Assembly: GCA_964016885.1 (NCBI GenBank)
Contig: OZ024743.1
Coordinates: 256,060,001 to 256,124,000, forward strand
DNA length: 64,000 nt
Direction of reading: 5' to 3'
Source of the DNA: Eledone cirrhosa
Taxonomy: Eukaryota
Shown: in pieces, positions 38,346 to 53,738 of the stretch
How the letters are laid out: every line of letters starts with the position of its first letter
Position numbering within the stretch: the first letter of the stretch is position 1
The notes under the pieces: model-generated
Database searches by the model: none
What the model was told of the DNA's origin: nothing
Seen by the model: only the letters and a program-made list of their open reading frames with translations
Position numbers and translations under genes: made by a program

Positions 38346-40419
38346 TGATACAGATACATACACAGAAACATGCCGGGGTGCAGTTTTCATTTACCCAAAT
38401 AACAAAAACAATTTAAATTATCTACGAAAGTAATCTAAGACAGAAAGCATTGAGGAAGAACTGGTGTATTGAAATTAAAGTTAGACAAGGGAGAAACTGT
38501 AAAAATCTAATCATATCATACAGATTATACTGACATATATACATTATTTCGTATACATACACATCTCTATACATCACTGTCTCACATACTTATGTATTAA
38601 TTTCTGTGCTATGCAGATAACGAATATGATAAAATTATATCAATATTTATCCGGAATAGAAGTAACCAAGACGGTCTAAATATGTATATAAATGTTCACA
38701 TTTTTAATATATAGACATGTAAAAATTCCAAACAGATGTTTCACTGAAAATTGAAAAATATAATAAACATCTTTAACCAGTTTTGAAGCTTAATTGGGCT
38801 TTCGTTCATTTTGTATATTTAGAGATATGGCTATATCATGCATAGCTTAGCTTTCAAATTAATATATATCTTAACGTCCAACATGAACGCTAATAATGTG
38901 CAAATTAATACATACATTTCAATGTATTACTATAAGATTATGTTTTTTTAATGATATATTCGCCTTCTGATGAAAGCCTAACTAGTCTACAAAACGGTAT
39001 TTAACATTTTTTCCAATTTGTAGGGAAATATATATATTTGACATATTTAAATGTCTATATATTAAAAATGCGTAAATCTAAACTATAATAAAATAAGAAG
39101 CGTGGGACTGCATACGGTTTATAATTTTTTATCCCCTTAGTAAAATAAGTTGGATTACTTTGAATAAATAATGAATGAATATTACATAATTTATCTACTA
39201 AATTTCGTGGCTGTTCATTAAATATATTTTATTATTTATTTAAAGATTCACTTCTATAAAATTTAAGGTTAGCGATCGTTTAAATAAATAATCATATATT
39301 TCTGTCACTAATTTTCTCCTAATGCAGTTTACATATAATATTGTCTTTTTTATGTAATCGTTACTGATTACATAAGACAGTGTAACACAGTCTTCGTTCA
39401 ATTTCTGTGTATATTGTCAATTACGATTTTATTTGATCATATCTACATGCATATATACTTGCGTATAATATCAATATACGGACTACACATGCTAGCAGAA
39501 AACCACCCGAGTGTGGTTTTTCTGCTAGTTTATATAAACATTTATCCTATCTCAGTTACTTCATTTCTATATATATCCAGAGATATATAGTGTACAGACA
39601 TATATACTTTATCTATTATGCATACATATTATTAAATTATAATCAACTCATCATTGAGTAATGATTACTTCAAACACACAAAAAAGATAAAAACAAGATT
39701 AATAAAATCTCAGGCTTTAACATGCCATCACTGATGATGGCTCATGTCGCTCATCAGACCTGCAAGAACCTTGCATCCCATACCACAATGCTGACATATC
39801 AGTTTTCCTGCAGCAGCCTGCCTTTCAGGATGCTAAGATTTGTAATGCCAAGTGAGTCCACTGGCTGACCTAAACACTTTGTCACATTTGCTGCAAATGA
39901 AATCAACCTGGATGTCATATTGGTAGACAGTGCTTTTCTATGACATCGTCTATGGCTAATTAGGCATGCCTTGGAAAAGCAAACTCTGCTGTATTCATTG
40001 CATGAAAAAGATTCTTTTGTCCCTTCTCAGGTAAGGTGTTAGCATCCTCCATATATTTACGAACTTGTTTCAACTCAGTATATACAATTCTGCTATTTTT
40101 GAATTCTGAAGCACTAATTGCAATCCGTTTTCTTTGCTCTACTCTATCTTCCTAAGTGCTAATATTGGCATTGAACTTTTTAATTGTGTCTTCTAAGCAG
40201 TCCTTAAGCCATTTTCATGGCTTGCACTGGGGCTATTTGCCCTGCAACAATTTACCATACAGGGCATGAGAGAAATGAAATGAAGAAAAACAACAATGAG
40301 AAATGTAAAAAGAATATAATTAGTTGTAGTTACAGAAGAAACCTAAACTATAAATCGCAATTTTCTTGGAGTTAGAAACTCAATAATGATCCATTTAATT
40401 GTTATGAATGCAAAAAAAA

Positions 40420-43140
40420 AAAAAAAAAAAAAAATCCCTCTGTTGGCTATATGAACAAAAGGAAGCTAGACTGAGACGAATTAAGCCAGAGCTAAATTAT
40501 TTTAAAGCCAAACAATTATGCCTACAAGCAACTTTTGTTGAATGTAAAAATAACATAATCATTATTCAAAACAATAATGAAAGTGTGAAACCTTTACATA
40601 GAACAAGACTAGATTGGACATGCTATCAACATGTGTCGCAATAGGTTACCATATTACTAGGTTTTCTCGTAGCCAGTCTGATCAGTAACAGTCTCTTGAA
40701 TCAGCAATGCCAGCAACAAATGTGACACTGTGTCATAACAGACTATACCTTGACCGCTATATTTTGCAGTCACATTAACCGCCAGCATCAAATTACCGAT
40801 AATGATAATAAGTCTACAATTAGCTGAGAAAGTGAAAAGTATAAACAGTTAAAATATATCCTTAGCGGAACTTTCCAAACAAAGATTAATTTGTGTATGC
40901 AACATTCTTTCAAAAATAGACATAAAATGACAATATTAAAAAGAAACTAAATAATGAAATTCTGCATGTTATCGTTGAAATTAGAGGTGGATATTTACTA
41001 CAAATTTAAGCTTCTACATTTTGGCAAAGTAATGTCTGCCTATATGCCATAGCAATGACAGTGATCCATTATATATTAATAATAAAAAATGTTAACAGAA
41101 ACACAAAAAATGCCCTTGTATATTTCAAAAAATAGAAAAATAGATTTCTGACCTATGAAAAACTATCGACCAAGTGACAATGCTTATCACATTTAAACAA
41201 TAACAAAATAACTACACTTCTCAGCAACAAAGAGTGAAAAGTAAAATACATGTTTGGAGACAATACAAGAAGAAATACAAATTGATCACCTTCAAACAAG
41301 AACTGAGAATTATCAGTGAGAAACTCTGATATAAGAAAAGAGTAGCTAAAAGGAAAATGATTAATAAAAGCCGAAAATGATTAATAAAAGCTGAAAGCAA
41401 ACATCAGTCTATAGAGATATGAGGAGCAAATCAATAAATGTCACTGAGGCCCCATCCCATAAAGATAGATCCTTTCTGGAGAAAAATATGGGGTGAGGAA
41501 AAGAAATTCAACTAAAATGCAGTGTGGCTGAAAGAGATCAGAAACAAACAGTTGCTCCTGCATTACACCAAAAACATACAGCATCAATGATGATACGCTT
41601 GAGACTGTGATAGTAAAATTTGGCGAAAAAACTACCAACCTATTGCATGTCAGAACGTAATGTATACAATGAATGCAGCCTGTCTGACTCTATTCCTCTA
41701 TTTGTGACAGTAACAAAATCATCACAGTTGAGCAAATAGCTGAGAAAAAAAGAGTGTGAGGGTGTGTTGACCTAATCCTAATTAACAAAAAAGTGATGTC
41801 AGAGGTAAGGTGACATAGAAGGAACTTAGTAACAGTATAGCTGGACTACAGAAAATCATTTGATTCTGTTCTCCAGTCTTAGATGCTAGAAGTTCTTTAA
41901 CTTGCTAAAATCCCAGATACCATTTTCAAAGCCATAGAGCAGCTACCTTCTTCCTGGGTCACTTTGCTGAATTTAAATAGAGAAGGAGGACTATATTTAC
42001 GCTGATAAAATAGAATATTACAGGCATATATTTCAAGAGAACAGTCTCTCTGTGATGTTATTTATAATGTCAGTAAACCCCTTGTCTTTTATGCTGAGGA
42101 AATATGAAGGATATGTAATTGGTTAACAGGAAGCCAGAAAAACAAACCTAACACAAAGCTTCTTTGTGGATGATCTGAAATGTTTTGATGCCAAGAATAT
42201 GAATAGTATGAAGAAAAACATTGACCAGGCTAGAGTTCTCGAAAGATATAGGAATGGATTTTGGTCAGGATAAATGTTCCTGTATGATTGAAAAGTGAGA
42301 AAAACTACAAGACAATCTAGCAACATCTCTATCCATGGCCTGAATGTTTCACTGGTATCTGATGAGGATTGCTACAGATACTTAGGGACAGATGAAAATA
42401 AAACCTATGATGGAATTTGTAACAAGGAACAAGTAACCAGGGAATATATCTAAATAAATCAGTAGCCCACAATGAGTCTGCTGTACCTGAGCTGATACCA
42501 ACATTTGGACTACTTGACTGGATGCTAGATGAATTCTGAGCCATTGATGTTAAAACCCATAAAGTTCTAACTGACACTGGAACATCAACAGAAACACAGA
42601 TTGCCTCAACATGAAACGTAAACAGGGAGGCAGAGGTTCAACCTCAGTCTCCACATCATTTGAGTTTCATATCATATCCTTCCAACAACATCTATGAACC
42701 ACCAAGTGTAAAAGCCCATCTATAGAACAGGAGGTAGATAATATGAAAGAGTACTGGTGGAGTGTTCCAATCAAACCCCAATAAAATGCAAATATAACAG
42801 ACCAGACATAATTATATGGAACAGAGAAAAGAAAGCATGCATGGTAGTGGAAATCAGCTGCTCCATAGATGCCAATATAATGCTAAAGATTAGCAAAATG
42901 GAGAACGTTTATGCTGAACTAATGAAGAATCTGCAGATAATCCACCTTGACTATATTTTCATCTTTGTCCCTGTGATCATTGGTCTCTGGAATATGTTCC
43001 TTACTGCCTCAGTACACATGTTAAGAATTTGGGCTTCAGAGAACCAGAAAGAACATGGCTAGTTAGGAATTTGCAAGTACAGTCTATTAAGGGAACTATA
43101 AAAATATGGAAAATATTTTAAAAATTTAGCATGTAATGAC
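40420..43140 (+). mobile_element. Old, decayed RLE-type LINE (R4/NeSL-like)
   Basis: WLDYRKSFDSV, IFQENSLSVMLFI..VNPLS, FVDDLK, RPDIIIWN..VVEISC, VPVIIG; many stops; 5' boundary uncertain. Confidence 0.7.
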
Positions 43141-43599
43141 TGCATACACTCATGTATAGATATAGAACCATATAACTAAAACATGCAGAGTGACACATAC
43201 ATTAACACAGAAATGCATACAGACATGCATACATATTTACCTAGTTGATGTTGTCTAAATTCCAATGAAAGAATCTTGTGTCTATGTTAGAAACCAGTAC
43301 TATCTCTAAGTAAAAATATATAATATAACAAAACCAGAAGAACATACATTTAGTTTATGCAGAATATTAAAAATATTATCAGCTGTCCAAAGTCAATATG
43401 AAGACACACATGCAGGGGTATACACACACATGAGTACTCAATGCTGAAGTAGAGTTTAGTAATATTTTTTAATATGGCTAAGTGATGGGTCTTGTTGTTT
43501 GGAAGTTTCACCTGTGTACTTACAAGTTCACTAGACAAGTGTCTTGTCTGGTGACCCAGTGAGTACACATGTAGAACTCATTACAATTATAATATAACA

Positions 43600-43850
43600 C
43601 ACACATATATAACATACACCACTAGAGCAACAACACCAATCTTCCACCAATGACAACAATAATAACTCCACCACCACCACCACCAAAAACAACAACAACA
43701 ACAACAACAATATCAACTCCACAACCATCAACAATAACACCAATCTTCCCCAACACAAACAATATTAACTTCATTACCACCAACAACAACAGCAATATCA
43801 TCTCTACCACCACCACCACCACAACAACAACAACAACATTAACAACCAAC
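43600..43850. repeat. (AAC)n/(ACC)n low-complexity tract
   Basis: Direct reading. Confidence 0.9.
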
Positions 43851-44507
43851 TAAAACAGATAATTTGTATTAGAGAAAATACAATTTACACTAGTTTTACA
43901 ACATTAATATATTTAAGTTAAACTTTTCAAAACACATCAAATAAGTATAGAAATATTTGGATTTAATCTGTCTGGAATTTTCTGAAGCCATACAATATAT
44001 TTTTTATGTAGTTTTTTTTTTAAACAAAACCAAGAAACATTGAACGAAGTATTAAAAGTTAGATATTTCTGAGATTTGCCTGAATTGTTTTTTTATTTTC
44101 ATAACGATGAAAAATATATGAGGGGGGAAGAGAAAGAAGGAGAGAAAAATATATAGAGGAGTAGAGGAAATGAGAGAGATAGAGAAGAAGAGTAAGTGAG
44201 GGAGAGTAAGAAGAGACTGAGAGATAGTGAAGAAGAATGAGGGAGAGAGAAAAGAGAGACAGATAGTATGAAGTGAGAGACAGAAAGAAGGAGAAACAGA
44301 GTGTGTATTTCTTTAGAAACTACTCTCAAAAATATTTGCATGGTTATCTAAATTGATATGATGTGGTCTAAATTATGATACAGTTTAAACTGTTGTGACA
44401 ATCAGCATCATCAGCTCTATTACTAAATACTAATGGTCTAACTTGTTCTTATGTGGTCTAAATTATCATATGGTTCAAATTTTCATAGTGCGATCTAAAT
44501 TGGCATA

Positions 44508-44797
44508 ATCATCATCATCATCATCATCATCGTTTAACGTCCATCTTCCACACTTGCATGGGTTTGGACGGGAATTTTCCCACTTGAGGCAAGATTGAAA
44601 TTGAGTTTCTTGCTCGTATAGGACTGTCTGGCAAGTTTTCTACGGATGGATGCCCTTCCTAACACCAACCACGTTTACAGTGTGGACTAGGAGGTGTTTA
44701 CCGTGTTACCTACACGGTCACATAACAGCGTGGACTGTGTGTTTTTTTGTCGTGACACCTACAAGACCTCATTTATTTCGGACTGGATGTTGTGGTA
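44508..44797 (-). mobile_element. RTE 3' UTR fragment
   Basis: (ATC)n then reverse complement of the 36905-37198 UTR. Confidence 0.8.
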
Positions 44798-45468
44798 GTG
44801 TCAATTATTATGATGTTGTTTAAATTGTCATGATATCGTCTAAATTATGTTATCGTTTATATTGTTATGATGATAATGATATCATCAGCCCCACAACTAA
44901 ATACCTGTAGTCGAACTTGTTCTGGTATGGTCTAAATTATTACGATTTTATCTAACTTGTTAGAATGTAGTCTAAATTGTTATGAAATCATGGTGCTGTT
45001 TAAATCAGTATAATTTAATCTAAATTGTTACGACAATAACTTCATACCTGTTTTTTTCATTTCATACAATATATGCTTTATTAATGGGAAAAAAAATGGA
45101 AAAAATAATTCTTTCTTTCTTTCAACCATATTCTTTTTCTTTGACAACTTAAACAAAAATGATCTATGACCTAGTTAATTATTCATAATATATTTTCCCA
45201 TTTGGGCTTCTGTTTTTGTCATATTATCAACATTCTTGCGTTGACAAACTGATAAATTTATGTGTGAAAGTAGTTTATAGCTTATAGCAAAAAATATTTT
45301 GTAAAATGTTTATAAAAATAAAAAGTAATTTTTTTTTAAATCTAAAAAAAAATAAATTAAAATATTAATTGAAAATTTTCTGATATTTAAATGAATTTGT
45401 TTTCGTTTTATTACAGCTATGCCAACGAAATATGTAAGAAAAAAAAACACATACATATATCCATATAT

Positions 45469-45500
<32 letters not shown>

Positions 45501-45855
45501 CACTAAAGTTGTAGAAAGTTCACTTATCTTCATCATGAAAATTTCAGTAGCAAGAGAAGTTGAAATATATAAGATAGAAACTCAATTTCAAATTTAAAGT
45601 TTCCAGAAAATACAGTTATATATTCACCCAGTCACGATTTTATAATAATATCAGTCAGAAGAATAAGAAAAAAAACAGTAAATATATATAGATATAAATA
45701 TATATATATATATATATATGTGTATGTGTGTATATATATATATATATAACGAAGGTGTTGTGGTAAGGAATCATATGGACCAAATAGTCCAGAAATATTC
45801 GTGCAGAAATAGCCGTTGAAACGGCTTGAGCTCTGCCGCCGGGGTCATACATGTA

Positions 45856-45917
<62 letters not shown>

Positions 45918-45927
45918 GTGTATATAT

Positions 45928-48900
45928 ATCATCATCATCATCATCATCATCGTTTAACGTCCATCTTCCACGCTTGCATGGGTTTGGACGGGAGTTTTTC
46001 CACTTGAGGCAAGAGTGGTTGTCTTGCTCGCATAGGACTGTCTGGCGGGTTTTCCACGGCTGGATGCCTTTCCTAACACCAACCACGTTTTCAGTATGGA
46101 CTGGGAGGTTTTTACCGTGTTACCTACAGGCCACATTACAGCGTGGACTGTGTGTGTTTTTTTTTGTCGTGACACCTACACGACCTCATTTGTTTCGGAC
46201 TGGATGTTGTGGTACCAACATAACTTTACATTGAAAGGGGTGGTGTTTGATGGGGTGGGGGTAGTGGGACGGGGGTATATTTTTGTTAGAGGTGCCTACT
46301 GACTGTAGTAGGTTTCAATTTGTATTTAGGTAAGGCGGGTCTTCTGTATTACTGTGTAGCGCCAAAGATCTCGGTCCAGTGACATTGTCTTGGAGAGGTG
46401 TAAGTGTGTGAGGTCGGAATTTATCAGATCGTCCCAGGTTTTTCTGGGTCTGCCTACTCCGTGGCTACCGTCTATTTTTATTGCCCTGCACTTTTTTATA
46501 CAGCTGTCGTCTTTCATGCGCATCACGTGACCGTACCAACGTAGTCTTCTCTCGAGTAAACAACATCTGATCCCTCTTATTTCTAATTTTTCCCTTAGTT
46601 CGTTTATGCTTTGCCGTTGACGTATATTACTATTACACTTCCAGCGGAACATGCAAGCTTCGTTCCTCTCCAGTCTGCGTATATCCTCTGCACACAATGC
46701 CCAGGTCTCACTGCCATGTAACATTGCTGTTCGTAAGCAGGCATCATACAGCCTGCCCTTCATTTTTAGAGAGAAACCTTTAGCGGCTAATAGTGGTATA
46801 AGCTCTCTGAACTTTTTCCATCCAGTTCTGACTCTAGCTACTGTACTTTCAGAGAACCCTCCACCACTGCTGATTTTGTCACCCAGGTAACTGAAGGTGT
46901 CCACTATTTCTATAGAACCCTCTGTGCAATGGAATGAGCTAGTATTCTGTGGGCATTTATTGCTACTTATTGCACCAGAGCACCGGCCACATATAAAATC
47001 TAAATTCTTAGTTAGCTTACCTGTGATCCCACTACATCTCTTATGCACCCATACTTTGCATTTGTGACATAAAATGGAATTTCTGCCTACTCCTTTCCTA
47101 CACACTGAGCATGGCCATTTCCCGGATGGGACCGGTGCCCTATTTTCCTTCCTACAAACTAGAACTTTAGTCTTAGACAGGTTAATTTTAAGGCCTTTTG
47201 ATTCTAGGCCATGCTTCCATGTTTGGAATTTCTTCTCTAGTTCAGCCATTGATTCAGCTATGAGCGTTATATCTTCTGCGTATAGGAGTTCCTATGGGCA
47301 GCCTATTTATTATTGCCTGTAGGGCAATAATAAATAAAAGGGGGCTAAGGACGGAGCCCTGATGAACACCAACCTTTACGCTAAACTCTTCACTATATTC
47401 TAACCTTGCTGACTGTTTCATTATACATGGCTTGTATAGCTCTCACAAGCCATTCATCAACACCTAGTTTTCTAAGAGCCCATCAGATAATGGAACGGGG
47501 GACTCTGTCAAAGGATTTCTCCAAGTCGACAAAAGCTAAGTATAGGGGTTTACTTTTAGCTAGATACTTCTCCTGTAGTTGTCGTACAATGAAAAGAGCG
47601 TCTGTGGTACTTTTACCTGACACAAACCCGAACTGCATTTCATCTAGATCAATTTGCTCTCTGATTAGTTGCACTATTACTTTTTCTGTGACCTTCATGA
47701 CCAGATCGATTAATTTAATGCCTCTATAGTTACCCATATCTAGGGCATCTCCTTTTCCCTTGTAGCAGTTAATGATGATGCTTCTACGCCAGTCCTTCGG
47801 AACAACCCCATTCTGTATGACATGGTTTACTATCCGTGTGACCATAGTGTGCTCCACCGTTCCAGAAGCTTTCAGCATTTCAGCATCTATTTCCGAAGGC
47901 CCAGCCGCCTTACCCGTCTTCATATCTTTGATTGCCTTACTTGCTATACTACCTTCAACTAGCACTGCTGGTCCCTCTATTGGATCGATGTGGGTGAGAC
48001 TGTCTTTCTCCCATTTATTCTCCTCATTTAGTAGCCTTTCTTAGTGACACTTCCAAGCTACCTTCTTATCAGCATCAGTGATGACAAGTACACCATCATC
48101 ATTAAGGACACACTTCTCCCCGACAATATCACGGTTTTCCTTGACACATTGCCTAGCAATCCTGAACACCTCACGTTTTTGGTCCTCGCGTTGTAGAACA
48201 TGCTTGAACTTTATTTCCTCTGCTTCCCTTCTTGCGAAGTACACTTGTCTCTTAGCTTCCCTCCTGGCCACTTGATAGTCTTCTCTACTTCCCCCATCCC
48301 GCCATACTTTCCAAGCCTGCTTTTTGGCCTTAATTGACTCCTCCACCTTGCTGTTCCACCACCACGTTACTCTCCTCCTGCTCCAGCCACAGACTTCATC
48401 TGCCGCGATCAGCAGGTTTGCTTTCAGGAATACCCACTGTTCCTCTATATTGTACGACTCTAATTGTTCTTTCTTACTGTCGAAAGCATCAAGTAATATG
48501 CTTTTTAATTTATTACTGGCTGTGGGGTCCTTTAGCTTCCATATTTTTCTCCTGAGGATAGTCCTCTTCTGTTGGCGAGTACGTCTCGTCCTGACTATGA
48601 GGTCGCTTATTATGAGTCTATGTTGAGAGGTGCATTCTTCATGGGGGAGGGATTTAGTGTTTACAACAGACACTCTGTCACGTCTTCTGGTAAGGATATA
48701 ATCTACCTGACTGGTGTGTTCCCCTGATCTGTAGGTGCTCAAGCGATTGTCTCGTTTTTTAAAGTTAGTGTTACAGATAGTTAGGTTATTTGCGACACAG
48801 AATTCCAGGATTCTGGAGCCTTCCTCATTTCTAGTACCAAACCCATAGCCTCCATGGATTCCGTCATAGCCGTCACAATGTTGTCCAACGTGACCATTTA

Positions 48901-50162
48901 GGTCGCCAGCCATAATTATATAGTCACTGTCAGTTATTTGGGAGGTATTGAGCATCAGTGTCTCATAGAATCTGTCTTTTATAGCGCCAGGCAGTCCGGA
49001 TTGGGGTGCGTACGCAGATATTACTGTTACAGTAGTTCTATTTAGAACAAGTCTTATTTTAATTATTCTGCAATTCACTCTATTTACGTCTATTATCTTA
49101 TCCACCCATTTTTCTGCTAACATGATTCCTAACCCACCCAGCCCATTGTCATTTCCCACCCAGAAAAGCTTATAGCATCTTTTTTTACCCACAATAAATC
49201 TAGCAGACCCGCCCCTCCACCTGGTCTCTTGGATACCGCAAACATCAACCTCCTTATGTTCAAGCATTTCTACAACTTCGTTAGAGCGACCTTTTAAGGT
49301 GCCTACATTCATGGTACCAACTCTGAAGTTTTAGATTGCGTTTGGTGGGTGGGAAGGGTGGGGCGCGGGGAGGAGTGATGGGGTTGTGGTTATGTTGGCC
49401 ATCCGTGGCCGAAACAAAGAGGAGGAGTTCTTACCTTTTAGTCCGGCAGCATGAGGTGAATTTGTCGTTATCTTTGGCATTGTCACTGAGTGTCCAGATT
49501 TTTCAGACTCTCCAGAATTCTTTAGTCCATCCATCATATCGAAAAGCAACCAGGAGAAGAGATAGCATAGGCCGCTGACTTATGATTGGTCCAAATAATA
49601 ATGGTGGCGAGTGGGGGCGGGACGGAGGGGTATGGGGTAGTTAGCGAGGAGAAGGTTTTAAATAAAATCCTCGACTTTTGGGCATAATTGGACAAGCATA
49701 TAACAGTAATAGGCGAATACTGGGAGGGATTTTAAAATACACGAAGATTATTTAGAACCAGACAGAATTATAGAATAGCATTGAGAAAGCAAGATTGGAT
49801 ACTGGGCGATTATACAGATATATGGATGAATGAACCGAAGGATGGAGAGACAAGAAGAAAATGGCATTTTTACATTACATTTCGTAGAAGAACGAACAGG
49901 TCTGACCATTAATAAGAGTTGACAAATTCTGAGATTCGTACCTCGTAACAGGTTTATTTATATTTGGTGAGAGTAAGGAGTGATCGAGAGAGAGAAAGAC
50001 CAGCAGGCACGTATGTGATAAAGAGGGGGGGGGGTAGAGATTAAGAGGGACGAGGGAGGCCATTTTATGAATCCTGGAAAATTTCGGCCAAAATTAAACA
50101 AACGAGAGATTGTTATTTTAGAAAAAATGAGGAGAAGGTTTTAAATAAAATCCTCGACTTTT
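45928..50162 (-). mobile_element. Near full-length RTE LINE (APE endonuclease + RT + PHD-like finger), disrupted
   Basis: 48041..49312 TMNVGTL/IQETRW/SAYAPQ/GDLNGHVG/VDYIL/QHR; 47483..47965 RT N-terminal part; 46326..47249 C-terminal part; (ATC)n tail; 5' end approximate. Confidence 0.93.
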
Positions 50163-50222
50163 ATATATATTTATGTATATATACGTCTAACCCATGCTAG
50201 CATGGAAAGTGGACGTTAAACG

Positions 50223-50257
<35 letters not shown>

Positions 50258-50437
50258 ACAGTGAGTGTGTTCTGTTAGTAATTCTGGCAATATTATTACA
50301 ACAATATGACCCTCCCCATGTATAACAATATATATATATATATATACACACACATTTTCATATATATATGTGTGTATATATATATGCATATACATAAATA
50401 TATAAATATGCATATATATATACACACATATATATAT

Positions 50438-52390
50438 GAAAATGAGAGGGCAAGAAAGAAAGCAGGACCATAGAAAATATTAAAACAAACCCTAAAGCCT
50501 TCTTTAAATTTGCAAAAGAGACTGCCTCAGTACACTGCAAGAGTGGGCCACTCTTCCATAAAGACGGTTGATTAACCGAGAATCCCCAAAAGATAGGTGA
50601 AATACTGAACGAACAGTACAAAAGTGTGTTCACATGTCCATTGAGGCACATGCAAATAACAAAGCCAGAGGATTTCTTTGATGTCACATCACTCCATAAA
50701 GAAATGGCGACCATCAACCACATAAACATAACGAGGAGGATGTGGTATACGCCATAGATGAAATTAGAACAAACTCAGCTGCTGGACCTGATGGATTCCC
50801 AACTCCTCTTAAAAACATGTAAGCGGGCCTTAGCAACTCTACTGACGACGCTATTCAGAAGCTCCTTGACTAGTGGTAGACTACCCAGGGAGCTAAAAGA
50901 AGACACAATATGCCCTATCCATAAAGGAGGTAGCAGAACGGAGGCCAAAAATTATAGGCCAGTCTCCCTGACGTTACATATCAGTAAGGTCATGGAGCGA
51001 ATCATCAGAAAGAAACTGATCACTTTCCTCGAGGAAAATGACCGCCTGACTAGCATGTAGAATGGCTTTTTCACAGGTAGAAGCTGCCTTACACAGCTGC
51101 TACATCACTATGACTGGGTACTGAAACAACTGCTAGACAGCTCATATATGGACATGATATATCTTGACTTTGCGAAGGCCTTTGACAAGGTTGACCACGG
51201 AATGATATGTCACAAACTACATAGACTTGGCATAACTGGAAAAGTAGGTGAGTGGCTGCATGACTTCTTAAAGGACAGAAGCCAGAAAGTGGCAGCAAAT
51301 GGGGCCCTCTCAAAGGAAACATCAATAACTGGTGGGGTGCCCCAAGACACAGTCCTGGGATCAATACTGTTTTTGGTAGCTCTCTCAGATATGCCTCTGT
51401 AGTACATACAACATCCCCCACTAGCTATGCTGATGACACTAAAGTAGCACAGGCAATCAAAAACCCGGCTGACGCTGCCCTTTATAACAAGATATGGATG
51501 CCATATACAAATGGGCGGAAGACGACAACATCCAGTTTAATTCTGGCAAATTTCAATCCCTACAATACAAACCTGCAAACACAAATACAGTACAATACAG
51601 TTACACTGGACCAGGAGGGACCGAAATTCCCATGTCGAAATCGGTACGAGACCTGGGCATAAACATGAGCGACGATGCATCTTTTTCCTCACACATTATG
51701 AAAGTTGCAACAATGTGCAGACGACTCGCTGGCTGGATCTTGAGGACTTTCCGGACAAGAGACCGAGAGACCATGTTGACACTATGGAGGACATTTGTGC
51801 TAAGCCGCCTGGACTATTGCTCCCAGCTGTGGTCATCCCATAGAGTCAAACTAACCAAGGAGCTTGAGGCAATCCAGCGAAGCTACACCAAGAGGATTGC
51901 GACGATGAAGGAGATAAGCTACTGGGAGAGGCTAAAAGAACTGAACGTCTACTCCTTGGAATGAAGGAGGGAGAGATACGAAGTGATATACATGTGGAAA
52001 ATCCTGGAGGGACTAGCACCAAACAGGAAGTCACTGTGTGGTGCCAAAGGTGCCGTCTTCCACATCTAGAATAAGGAGCAGATATTGCAATAGCCTGGGG
52101 TTCAAGGGCACTCAACTCTTCAACAGGCTCCCGAGGGATCTGAGAGATCTGCATGGTGTGGACGTGGATGTTTTCAAGAAACATCTTGATACCTTGCAAT
52201 CCAGGATCCCGGCTGAGCCCAAAGCAAGGCACGAGAGAAAGCTAAGGGCAGCAGCAACGTACGCCCTCTTTCACCAGTGGCCAACCAATACAGGTTGGAG
52301 ATAAGATGTGTAGCAATAAGAGCGGGGCCCCAGCATGGCTTCAGTCGGATGGCTGGAACAGGTAAAGGAGTCAAACAGTAAAAGAGTAAT
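50438..52390 (+). mobile_element. CR1-clade LINE, 5'-truncated and disrupted
   Basis: YRPVSLT..KVMERII, YLDFAKAFDKVDH, GVPQ, YADDTK, RDLGI, SRLDYCSQLW. Confidence 0.9.
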
Positions 52391-52419
52391 ATATAGTTAT
52401 GTGTATATATATATATATT

Positions 52420-53381
<962 letters not shown>

Positions 53382-53738
53382 TTAGGCGCGTAGAAATTAG
53401 CGAAACGCAACTTCCATATTGTGCAGACAAGCGCTCCATGGATATGAAGAAGATGATACCAGAGCTATAAACATAAGTTAAAATGGTCATACACGCTGAG
53501 ACGATGGTTAAGAAGCCATTAACCACCAAAAGCGAACAAGCTAAACGGGTAAAACAAAATGAGATATGATTGAAATATTTACCCGGACCCACGGGGAAGA
53601 TGGAATACTCCGAAATTGGGTATCTGCAACACCTAAATCAATAATACTGTCTGCTTATAAAAAATAAGCTTTTGGTATAATGATCGAACAAGGCATCGTT
53701 TTCTCAACAGGGTTTTGTTCGACAGATATATATATATA

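Noticed and set aside
43255-43305. CCAATGA...GAAACCAGTA at the 3' end of the RLE LINE as an HHR
   Set aside because: Core too degenerate and stems not convincingly paired
43650-43853. Thr/Asn-rich mucin-like ORF
   Set aside because: Trinucleotide microsatellite with no splice or coding support
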